Source of the DNA: an uncultured bacterium
Lineage (GTDB): Bacteria > Patescibacteriota > Minisyncoccia > Phycocordibacterales > UBA9973
Direction: 5' to 3'
Length of the DNA stretch: 64,000 nt
NCBI GenBank assembly: GCA_903894955.1
Contig: CAITSA010000001.1
Location: forward strand, 3,769 to 67,768
The notes under the pieces were generated by a model. It had not been told where the DNA came from and searched no databases. It saw nothing but the letters and a program-made list of their open reading frames with translations. The translations under genes were made by a program, and so were the position numbers. The first letter of the stretch is position 1; each line of letters opens with the position of its first letter. This document shows positions 1 through 8,611 of the stretch, one piece after another.

Positions 1-2348
1 GCTTTTTGTAAATCTTCCCCAGCAAACCTAATAGCCAACTTGATAATATCTGCAGCCGTTCCCTGAATAGGTGCATTGGTCGCGGTTCGCTCCGCCATGT
101 TTTTTAAAAAAGGAATTCTAGATTTAATATTAGGGAAATATCTTCTTCGACCAAACAATGTTTCTGTATAAGAAAATTTTGTTGCATATTCTTTAATACT
201 ATCTAAATAATCTCGCAATCCAGAAAACTGATTAAAATAATTATCGTAAAATTTTTGCGCTTCTTCACGTGTCCCCCCAAGATTTTTTTTCAAAGCAGAA
301 ACTCCCATACCATAAATAATTCCAAAATTTATCACTTTTGCTTTACGGCGCATTTCACTATCCACTTGATCAAATGGAACATTAAAAACAAAAGAAGCAA
401 TTCCAGTATGAATATCTTTTTTTTCATAAAAAACTTTAGTCATCTTTTTATCTCCTGAGAGCATCGCTGCCACCCGTAATTCAATCTGACTATAATCAAA
501 AGCTACTAGCTTATAACCCTTGGGAGCAATAAAACCCCCTCGAATTCTTCTACCTAATTCTGTTTTGATTGGTAAATTTTGTAGATTTGGATCTTTGGAA
601 GAAAATCTCCCCGTGGTAGTGCCATTTTGTAAAAACTTAGCATGTAAACGACCATCGGTCGTCACCATTTTAGGGATAACATCAACATAAGTAGAAAGCA
701 ATTTCTGTAATTCTCGATAAAATAATATTTCTTTGATAATTAAATGATCTTCTTCTAATTCTTCTAACACTGAAACTTTAGTAGAAAAAGACCCACTAGC
801 ATTTTTCTTTACTTTATTTTTCCCTCCCAAACTTATCCCCATTTTACCAAAAATAACTTCTCCTAATTGTTTGGGTGAATTAATATTAAATTCTACGCCA
901 GCCTGTTTATATATTTTTTTAGTTAAAATATCTAATTCTACGTGATATTCACTTGATAATTTTTCAAAATATTTCTGATCTATTAAAATCCCGTGACTTT
1001 CCATCTCTTTAACTGTGGGAATAATAGGTTTTTCTATTTCTTCATATACTTTTTCTAAACTTGCCCCGCCCTGGCGTGGGTTTTTCTCTTTTAACTTTTT
1101 TAAAATATATTCATAAGCAATATCAAAAGAACCTTGGTCAGTTGATGAAGATGATATATTGGCAAACATTAAAATATCATTTAGTTGTGGATTAGAAATA
1201 TCAGAATTTATAATCCAAAGAGCAATACTAGCTTCTTGAAGTTTTTGTGGGGGAATTAAAGAAAGCAAAGTTTTCTCGGGTCCTCGGTTCTCCAGGTCCC
1301 CTACCCCGGCCAGACCAGCTCCAAAACTTGCTTTCTTTAATTCCCCTTCTGGGGCAGAACGGAGGGCATCTTCGGGAGATTTATGATTATCTCCAAAAAA
1401 GTTTTTCAAACGCCCAAACAAACTCCGAAATTCAAATTTAATAAAAATCTGTTCAATTTTTGTTAAATCTGCATTTTCCCAAAAAGTTTTTAAGGGTATT
1501 GCAAAATCTATCGGCGCATCGTTTCTGATGGTCGCTAAAATTTTAGAAAATAAAGCTTCTTCCTCATTGTCTTTTAATAATTTTACTATTCGATCAGAAA
1601 ATCCCAATTTTTTAAACTTTATTTCATAATTCGTACTTCGTAATTGTTTGTATATTTCTTCTATCGTTCCAAAGTTTACAATTAAACTTTCGGCTGTTTT
1701 TTCACCAATACCCTTGATGCCAATAATGTTATCTGAAGGATCTCCACGCAATCCTTTATAATCTGGTAAAAATTTTGGCTTGAAATGAAATCTCTCTACA
1801 ACCGCATCTTCGTCATATAAAATAGTGTCATTAATTCCTTTCTTTAAAGTATAAACTTGCACTTTTTTATCATCTACTAATTGCATTGTATCCATATCCC
1901 CAGAAGCAATAATTATATTTATACCCCCTCCGCCTTTGGCACCTCCCCCTATATAGGGGGAGGCTGGGCAGGGGTAAAATTGATACACTATCGTTCCCAA
2001 AATGTCATCTGCCTCAAACCCTGGGCTGTCATACATGGGAATATTAAAAGCTTCAAAAATCTGACGGGAATTTTTTAATTGCACAATAAGAGATTCTTCT
2101 GCTTTAGCCCGGCCAGCCTTGTACCCATCATAAGCTTCGTGTCGAAAAGTTTTTCCTGGTAAATCATAACAAGCCACAATATAATCTGGCTTTAAGTCAG
2201 TTACTATTTTCATCAACATACTAGAGAGTCCATAAAGAGCCCCGGTAGGTTCACCTTTGGAAGACATAAATTCCGGCAAGGCATGATAAGCACGGTGAAT
2301 TATAGCGTGAGCATCAAGTAATACTAAAGTTTTAATTTCTTTTTTCAT
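1..2348 (-). CDS. polA: DNA polymerase I, first ~782 codons (3' end runs off the left window edge)
   Basis: ATG at 2348-2346. My translation gives MKKEIKTLVLLDAHAIIHRAYHALP...GFEADDILGT...ASGDMDTMQLV (5'-nuclease domain). Near pos 1-100 it gives MAERTATNAPIQGTAADIIKLAI (polymerase motif) in the same frame (p mod 3 = 2). The ORF track omits it only because no stop lies inside the window. Confidence 0.9.
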   Translation of the reverse strand, partial: MKKEIKTLVLLDAHAIIHRAYHALPEFMSSKGEPTGALYGLSSMLMKIVTDLKPDYIVACYDLPGKTFRHEAYDGYKAGRAKAEESLIVQLKNSRQIFEAFNIPMYDSPGFEADDILGTIVYQFYPCPASPYIGGGAKGGGGINIIIASGDMDTMQLVDDKKVQVYTLKKGINDTILYDEDAVVERFHFKPKFLPDYKGLRGDPSDNIIGIKGIGEKTAESLIVNFGTIEEIYKQLRSTNYEIKFKKLGFSDRIVKLLKDNEEEALFSKILATIRNDAPIDFAIPLKTFWENADLTKIEQIFIKFEFRSLFGRLKNFFGDNHKSPEDALRSAPEGELKKASFGAGLAGVGDLENRGPEKTLLSLIPPQKLQEASIALWIINSDISNPQLNDILMFANISSSSTDQGSFDIAYEYILKKLKEKNPRQGGASLEKVYEEIEKPIIPTVKEMESHGILIDQKYFEKLSSEYHVELDILTKKIYKQAGVEFNINSPKQLGEVIFGKMGISLGGKNKVKKNASGSFSTKVSVLEELEEDHLIIKEILFYRELQKLLSTYVDVIPKMVTTDGRLHAKFLQNGTTTGRFSSKDPNLQNLPIKTELGRRIRGGFIAPKGYKLVAFDYSQIELRVAAMLSGDKKMTKVFYEKKDIHTGIASFVFNVPFDQVDSEMRRKAKVINFGIIYGMGVSALKKNLGGTREEAQKFYDNYFNQFSGLRDYLDSIKEYATKFSYTETLFGRRRYFPNIKSRIPFLKNMAERTATNAPIQGTAADIIKLAIRFAGEDLQK

Positions 2349-2350
2349 AT

Positions 2351-4075
2351 TTAATAAACTTCTTGTTGATAACACCTCTCACAATACACAATCTCTGGTC
2401 TATCTGGAGAATAAGAAGTTTCGAATTCATTAACACATCCTTCTTTCATACACTTTCTATGCCAAAGGTTTAAAGGATTTCTTTGTTTTAATCTCTGGTA
2501 ATGTCTACAATTAGGACATAATCTAGGTAAAGGTAGATTCATCCTTTGGTAGAATTGTAACTCAGCTCCTATGATTTTGAAGGCTTCAGTGCATTGTTCA
2601 TTGCATTCTCCTTTATGTTCACATTCAATGACTTTCCCTACCATATCATCCTTTACTTTTTTAATATCATTAGGAATATCTTCTGTTTTAATGTCTATGG
2701 TATAGTTTCTTTCTTCTCTATCTTTCCATTTAAAACCTTGTTTTAAAGCTTCTTCTTTTGTTAAAGGAAAGTATTCTTGAGCAATGGTTTCGTTGTAACA
2801 GAAGGGTGACAATTCACTTGGAAAGAATTCTCCATATTTGTATATTCTACCCTTACTATCTATATATAGCATATCATTCATATGCTGTATGATTTTTGGA
2901 ACTAATTCTTCGTATTGTTCCTTGGTGTATTGTTTGTTGAGGATGCAGTAGGATTTGTTATGTAAGCCAATGCAACCAAAGAGATTATTACAATTATCAC
3001 AATCGATCGAATATGAAACATTTATTAAATTTAAACCATGTAAAGTACTTAAAATATTAGAACTAAAATCAACATTCAAGGATTCATAAGCTAGTTCTCC
3101 TCCACTAACACCAAAGACATCACTGGTATCTTTTTGTCCCTTAACAGACCTAATACTATATCTAACATTATCAACCTCTGAAACAAAATGAGATTTTTTT
3201 ACATTTCTTGAATTGTTAATAAAATTTCCAGTGACATTAACATAGTTTTTCCCAATCATAAATTTATTAATAGCTTGGCTTTTGACTTTTGTATATTTAT
3301 TAAATAATTCATCAAGCCCATTTTTCAAATTAAGGGAATTTAATAAAGATTCTTTGATTTTAAAAAATTCTTCTTTTGAAACTGGTTTATTTTCAATGTA
3401 AAATTGTTGATTACGAAGATTAGAAGAAAAAAGACAATTCTGACAATTTTTACAATCATATATAAACCAGCAATCTATACAATTTTCACAATCCTGAGCA
3501 AAAAAGGTTTGGTAACAGGTATCAGAATTTATCAACTGAGTTGAAAGTTCACATTTATTTATCCATGAATTATCAACACAATTTTTACTTTCCAAAACAG
3601 TATCACCATACTGACAATTTTCTGAATACCAACTACCAAAAACTAAGTAGCAATCTTTCATATCAACACAAATATTACAATAATCACTTCTTACAGGATT
3701 AACGTTATATAAAGCATATTTTGGAACTTTTTTATCAAGATTATGGAACTGTTCAAAAAATGATTTAGTAAAATCATAATCTACTCCATAATCTCTAGGG
3801 TCCCAATTGTCATCATTTATCCAATATTCTTTATCATAAATTACATAAGGAGATTCGGGAGAATACATACTTATTATTTTTTCTTTAGATTTTGAAGCAC
3901 TATTTTCTTTTTTATATAAAACCCTTTCATTTCTGAATAATAATCTTCGTATTGTTCTACATTCTGGACAAAAAGTCGGAGCAGAAACTTTTATTTTTTT
4001 ATAGAAAGTAAAATCTTCTAGCTCAATTTTAAAGTCTTTTTTACAATTTTGACAAACCTTAGTTTCTACCTGCAT
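2351..4075 (-). CDS. Cys-rich zinc-ribbon protein, paralogue 1 of 3, function unknown
   Basis: 574-aa ORF. The N-terminal module CQNCKKDF..FYKK..FCPECRTIRR is echoed at the C-terminus (FKIIGAELQFYQRMNLPLPRLCPNCRHYQR...YCERCYQQEVY). The centre is full of [ND]C / CxNC repeats. Paralogous to 22579-24303 and 54239-55918. Confidence 0.8.
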   Translation of the reverse strand: MQVETKVCQNCKKDFKIELEDFTFYKKIKVSAPTFCPECRTIRRLLFRNERVLYKKENSASKSKEKIISMYSPESPYVIYDKEYWINDDNWDPRDYGVDYDFTKSFFEQFHNLDKKVPKYALYNVNPVRSDYCNICVDMKDCYLVFGSWYSENCQYGDTVLESKNCVDNSWINKCELSTQLINSDTCYQTFFAQDCENCIDCWFIYDCKNCQNCLFSSNLRNQQFYIENKPVSKEEFFKIKESLLNSLNLKNGLDELFNKYTKVKSQAINKFMIGKNYVNVTGNFINNSRNVKKSHFVSEVDNVRYSIRSVKGQKDTSDVFGVSGGELAYESLNVDFSSNILSTLHGLNLINVSYSIDCDNCNNLFGCIGLHNKSYCILNKQYTKEQYEELVPKIIQHMNDMLYIDSKGRIYKYGEFFPSELSPFCYNETIAQEYFPLTKEEALKQGFKWKDREERNYTIDIKTEDIPNDIKKVKDDMVGKVIECEHKGECNEQCTEAFKIIGAELQFYQRMNLPLPRLCPNCRHYQRLKQRNPLNLWHRKCMKEGCVNEFETSYSPDRPEIVYCERCYQQEVY

Positions 4076-4109
4076 TGGTTAATTATACCATTTAAGCTAT
4101 AATTCATAT

Positions 4110-5810
4110 ATGGCAACAGATTTTGATGAAGAAAAACAAAATAGACAATTAGACGAATTACATAAAAAAGAAGAAGAGCAATTAATAGCTACTTTAGCGG
4201 AGTCAAAATATGGTCTCCCTTATATTGATCTTTCTCGCTTAGGAGTAGACAATGAAGCCCTTCGAGCTATCTCTGAAAAAGATTGCAAAGAATTAAATGT
4301 AGCTCCCTTTAAACTTTTTGGGAAAAATATTTTCATAGCTTTACGTTCTCCAAATGATGACCTTATCAAAAGACTAAAAGAAGACATGGAAAGACACAAT
4401 CTGGTTCCAACTTTTTATATGGCCTCTATGGCCAGTCTAAATAAAGTCTGGGATAGATATCAAGAAATTTCAATGGCAGAAAATTCTACAATCGGTGGTT
4501 TAGAAATTTCTGCAGAAATTCTAAGAGAAATAGCAAAACAAATACAAAAGATGCAGGACATCGATAAGATGATAGAGGAAATTTTAAAAGAAAATAAAAT
4601 TCATAAAATTTCTCACATGCTGGAAGTAATCCTAGCTGGAGCAATAGCCATTAAGGCATCTGACATTCACATTGAAGCAGAAGAGGATAAGGGAAGACTG
4701 AGACTTCGACTCGATGGAATTCTCATCGATGTAACATTTTTTAGTTTAGATGTTTATCGTTTACTTAATTCGCGAATAAAACTTATTTCTGGGATGAAAC
4801 TAACATCAAAAATAGCTCAAGATGGACGCTTTAGTATCACCGAAGGAAAAGAAGAAATAAGTATTCGTACTTCTCTTATTCCTGGCGCTTATGGAGAATC
4901 AATAGTGATGAGAATCTTAGACCCCAAGTCAATTCAAGTACCCCTAGAAGAAATTGGGATTGAACCTTTTCTTTTTTCAGTTATCCAAAAAGAAATTTCA
5001 AAACCAAATGGACTAATTTTAGTGACTGGTCCAACAGGATCTGGAAAAACTACTACCCTTTATGCCTTTTTGAAGAAAATATATTCTCCTGAAATAAAAA
5101 TAATAACAATTGAAGATCCAGTTGAATATCATTTAGTTGGTATTACTCAAACTCAAACTGACGTAACCAAAGGTTATACTTTTGCAGAAGGACTACGTTC
5201 AGCCCTACGCCAAGACCCAGATGTAGTCATGGTTGGAGAAATTCGCGATAATGAAACCGCTGAAATTGCCGTACAATCAGCCTTAACTGGTCACATAGTT
5301 TTCTCTACCCTACATACCAATAATGCCGCTGGGGTAATACCACGCTTAATAAACTTAGGGGTCAATCCAAAAATATTAGTTTCTGCTTTGTCTCTGTCTA
5401 TTGCTCAACGTTTGGTTCGTAAATTATGCCAATTTTGCAAAAAAGAAAAAACTCTAAGCAAGGAAGAGGAAGAAACAATCAAAGTTGTTTTAAATAGCAT
5501 CAAAGAAGAAGGCAAAAGTCTTTCAAATTATAATATAAATCCGGATGCACCTTTGAAACTTTTCACATCAGTTGGTTGTGAGAAATGTAATTTAACTGGA
5601 TTTAAAGGCAGAATAGGAATATTTGAAGCCATAAAAACTGACGAGACTATCGAAAAAATAATTCCTGAAAATCCAAGTGAACGAGAAATTAAAAAAGTGG
5701 CGCGAGCCCAAGGGATACTTTCGATGCGTCAGGATGGTGTAGTAAAAATGATAAATGGAATTACTTCATTTGAAGAAGTGCAAAGCGTAGTTGATTTAAA
5801 TGAAGAATAA
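4110..5810 (+). CDS. pilB: GspE/PilB-family secretion ATPase (type IV pilus assembly ATPase)
   Basis: Walker A GPTGSGKTTT, Asp box GEIRD, His box FSTLHTN, tetracysteine CQFC...CEKC. Confidence 0.85.
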   Translation: MATDFDEEKQNRQLDELHKKEEEQLIATLAESKYGLPYIDLSRLGVDNEALRAISEKDCKELNVAPFKLFGKNIFIALRSPNDDLIKRLKEDMERHNLVPTFYMASMASLNKVWDRYQEISMAENSTIGGLEISAEILREIAKQIQKMQDIDKMIEEILKENKIHKISHMLEVILAGAIAIKASDIHIEAEEDKGRLRLRLDGILIDVTFFSLDVYRLLNSRIKLISGMKLTSKIAQDGRFSITEGKEEISIRTSLIPGAYGESIVMRILDPKSIQVPLEEIGIEPFLFSVIQKEISKPNGLILVTGPTGSGKTTTLYAFLKKIYSPEIKIITIEDPVEYHLVGITQTQTDVTKGYTFAEGLRSALRQDPDVVMVGEIRDNETAEIAVQSALTGHIVFSTLHTNNAAGVIPRLINLGVNPKILVSALSLSIAQRLVRKLCQFCKKEKTLSKEEEETIKVVLNSIKEEGKSLSNYNINPDAPLKLFTSVGCEKCNLTGFKGRIGIFEAIKTDETIEKIIPENPSEREIKKVARAQGILSMRQDGVVKMINGITSFEEVQSVVDLNEE

Positions 5811-5824
5811 AATAAAAAGATATA

Positions 5825-6637
5825 TTATTTTAATTCTCCCTTAAATACACATACTGCGGGACCACGAAGAATAATTTGTCCTTCTTTGCTTTTTGATAAA
5901 AAAAGATTTCCACCTAGAAATTCTAAGGTTATTTCTCCTCCAACTTCTTGGTCATTTTTTAATATTGCATATACCGCACAAGCTCCAGTACCACAAGCAA
6001 GAGTTACGCCACAACCACGCTCCCAAACTTTTACCTTAAAATAATTATCGGTAACTTTTTCTACCAATTCTACATTTATTTTGTTGGGAAAATGAAAATC
6101 CTGTTCTATTTTTGGACCAATTTTTGATATATCAATTTCAGATATATTTTTTACCAACCCAACAGCATGTGGATTTCCCATTGAAACAAATTTAAATAAA
6201 ATATTTTCAAGAGTAAGTGAACTATCTGGAAAATCACTATGAGAAAAAACAGGAGCTCCCATATTTACAGAGAAACTTTCATCGTCATTACATATTACTT
6301 TCTTGATCCCCGCCCTGGTGTCAATGGATAATTCCTTTAAATTAGAGTTGGTCTGCTTTAGGAAAAATTTAGCCAAACACCTTACTCCATTCCCACACAT
6401 TTCTGCCACAGTTCCATCAGCATTGTAATAATTCATAAAACAATTTGCTTGTGGTGAGTTTGTCGAATCCACCTTATTCGATAATTCAAGAAGGATCAAT
6501 CCATCTGCCCCAATCCCAAAACGGCGATTGCATAAAAGTTTAATTTTGTTCACGTCAGTAACATCAAAATTCCCATCACGATTATCTATCATAATGAAGT
6601 CATTTCCAGCACCGTGATATTTATAGAATTCAAGCAT
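5825..6637 (-). CDS. dapF: diaminopimelate epimerase
   Basis: N-terminus YHGAGNDF; catalytic Cys contexts MCGNG and ACGTGA; 270 aa. Confidence 0.85.
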   Translation of the reverse strand: MLEFYKYHGAGNDFIMIDNRDGNFDVTDVNKIKLLCNRRFGIGADGLILLELSNKVDSTNSPQANCFMNYYNADGTVAEMCGNGVRCLAKFFLKQTNSNLKELSIDTRAGIKKVICNDDESFSVNMGAPVFSHSDFPDSSLTLENILFKFVSMGNPHAVGLVKNISEIDISKIGPKIEQDFHFPNKINVELVEKVTDNYFKVKVWERGCGVTLACGTGACAVYAILKNDQEVGGEITLEFLGGNLFLSKSKEGQIILRGPAVCVFKGELK

Positions 6638-6658
6638 AATTTTATTATATATTAAAAA

Positions 6659-7579
6659 TTAACTAATTAATGTACCGGCTGAATCTAAATCCCAAAATGG
6701 CCTTACTTGCAGAGGAATTCTTTTTTCTTTGACTTCCTTTAAGGTTTTAGGATGCACTAAACCAAGAGCAACATCTTGCAAAAGACCACTAAGGTCATCA
6801 TAAGTTAAAAAGTCAATTCTTTTTACTTTTTCATTACTAAATAATTTTGGATTTTTTTCCATCACCCCAGGAACATCTTTCCAAAGAACCACTTTGTCTG
6901 CATGGAGAAGGTTACCGAGTAACCCAGCAGTATAATCACTCCCCCCTCTTCCTAATGTTGTCATAAATTTACTATCATTCTTTAGGTTATTTTTTGAGAA
7001 CCCAATAAAACCTTGAGTAATAATATTTTTGTGTAATTTAAAAACTTCTTCGCTAATTTTTAAATTTAAATTTAACGCAGTGGCGTTTTTATCAACATTC
7101 GCAGAACTAAAATTAGAATCAGTATATAAAAAATCAGTAGCATTAATAAGTTTATTTGGAATCCCAATAAAAGAAAAATAATTACTAATAATCAAACTCG
7201 CCAATATTTCTCCAAAAGGAACAATTTGATCATAGATAAATTTATCGTTCTCCAGATGCCCTATTCTAGAGAATGTATCTTTTATTTTTTTAAATTCATC
7301 TTCAATAATACTAAAAATAGTATGTGCTTTGGGAAAAAGTTGGGACACGATTTCCAGATGAAAAACTTTTAATTCATTTAACAACTTCTCATTTTCTTCT
7401 TTTTTCCCTTGTATATAATTCTTGACTATTGTTTCTAAATTATTAGTAGTCTTGCTAAAAGCAGAAAAAACATTTACAGAATAATCCTGTAAAGGGAAAT
7501 TTTCAAATATTTTTGACAAGTGTTTTATGGAAACAGCTCCTTCTATAATCCCGCCCCCAAATTTGTTCACTATAATCAT
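6659..7579 (-). CDS. lysC: aspartate kinase, catalytic domain only (no ACT domains)
   Basis: Start moved to ATG 7579 (MIIVNKFGGG), which avoids overlap with asd. KFGG and GRGGSDYTA motifs. About 306 aa, ending right after the kinase fold. Confidence 0.75.
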   Translation of the reverse strand: MIIVNKFGGGIIEGAVSIKHLSKIFENFPLQDYSVNVFSAFSKTTNNLETIVKNYIQGKKEENEKLLNELKVFHLEIVSQLFPKAHTIFSIIEDEFKKIKDTFSRIGHLENDKFIYDQIVPFGEILASLIISNYFSFIGIPNKLINATDFLYTDSNFSSANVDKNATALNLNLKISEEVFKLHKNIITQGFIGFSKNNLKNDSKFMTTLGRGGSDYTAGLLGNLLHADKVVLWKDVPGVMEKNPKLFSNEKVKRIDFLTYDDLSGLLQDVALGLVHPKTLKEVKEKRIPLQVRPFWDLDSAGTLIS

Positions 7580-7583
7580 AAAT

Positions 7584-8585
7584 TTAGATAATTTTACTAT
7601 GACAGAGGTATTCCGCAATTTGCACTGCATTAGTGGCTGCTCCTTTACGTAAATTATCAGCCACAATCCACATATTTAGAGAATTTTTATTTGATTCATC
7701 TCGGCGAATTCGACCCACAAATACTTCATCTTTACCATCGGTATATAACGGCATAGGATATTGTGAATTTCTAATATCATCAAGCACGATAACCCCTGGC
7801 ATTTTAGAAAGTAAAAATCTAACTTTTTTTAAATCGTAATCTTTTTCAAATTCAATATTGACTGACTCTGAGTGTCCTCCCATCACTGGAATACGAACAG
7901 CGGTCGTAGTTATATTTATACTTTCATCGCCTAATATTTTTCTCGTCTCATTAACCATTTTCATTTCTTCTTTGGTATAACCATTATCAAGAAAAACATC
8001 AATCTGTGGAATTAAGTTTAGGTCAATCGGATAGGCATAAGCCATCGCTCCCTTAATACCTTTACGCTCATTCATAAGTTGATCTACTGCTTTTTTACCG
8101 GTACCGGTCACAGATTGATAAGTTGAAACAACGATTCTTTTTATTTTAAATTCCTTATGTAAAGGATAAAGCGCCATAACCATTTGAATAGTTGAACAAT
8201 TTGGATTAGCAATAATTTTGTCTTCTTTTACTAAAACATTTCCATTTATTTCAGGCACGATAAGTTTCTTTAAAGAGTCCATTCTCCACGCTGAAGAATT
8301 ATCAATCACTGTTGCCCCTATTTGCGCAAAAAGTGGAGCCCACTCTAAAGAAACTGTTCTCCCAGCTGAAAATAAAACAATCTCTGGTTTTTTAGTTAAA
8401 GCTTCTTGAAGAGAAATAATTTTTAAAGGTACTCCATTGAAAATTATTTCTTCCCCAACTGATTTTTCACTTGCAACTGGCAATAATTCTAGAATAGGAA
8501 ATTTTCTTTCTTCAAGAACTTTGAGCATCATTCTCCCCACTAGACCAGTGGCCCCCACAACTGCAATTTTTTTCTTTTCTAACAT
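7584..8585 (-). CDS. asd: aspartate-semialdehyde dehydrogenase
   Basis: VGATGLVGR nucleotide-binding motif; active-site NPNCSTIQ; 333 aa. Confidence 0.9.
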   Translation of the reverse strand: MLEKKKIAVVGATGLVGRMMLKVLEERKFPILELLPVASEKSVGEEIIFNGVPLKIISLQEALTKKPEIVLFSAGRTVSLEWAPLFAQIGATVIDNSSAWRMDSLKKLIVPEINGNVLVKEDKIIANPNCSTIQMVMALYPLHKEFKIKRIVVSTYQSVTGTGKKAVDQLMNERKGIKGAMAYAYPIDLNLIPQIDVFLDNGYTKEEMKMVNETRKILGDESINITTTAVRIPVMGGHSESVNIEFEKDYDLKKVRFLLSKMPGVIVLDDIRNSQYPMPLYTDGKDEVFVGRIRRDESNKNSLNMWIVADNLRKGAATNAVQIAEYLCHSKII

Positions 8586-8611
8586 TTTAATTTTACCCGA
8601 ATGTAAATTTT

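Noticed and set aside
2351-4075. A diversity-generating retroelement acting on the variable core of the Cys-rich paralogues.
   Set aside because: There is no reverse transcriptase and no template repeat in the window. The differences between paralogues are not adenine-specific; they are wholesale divergence.
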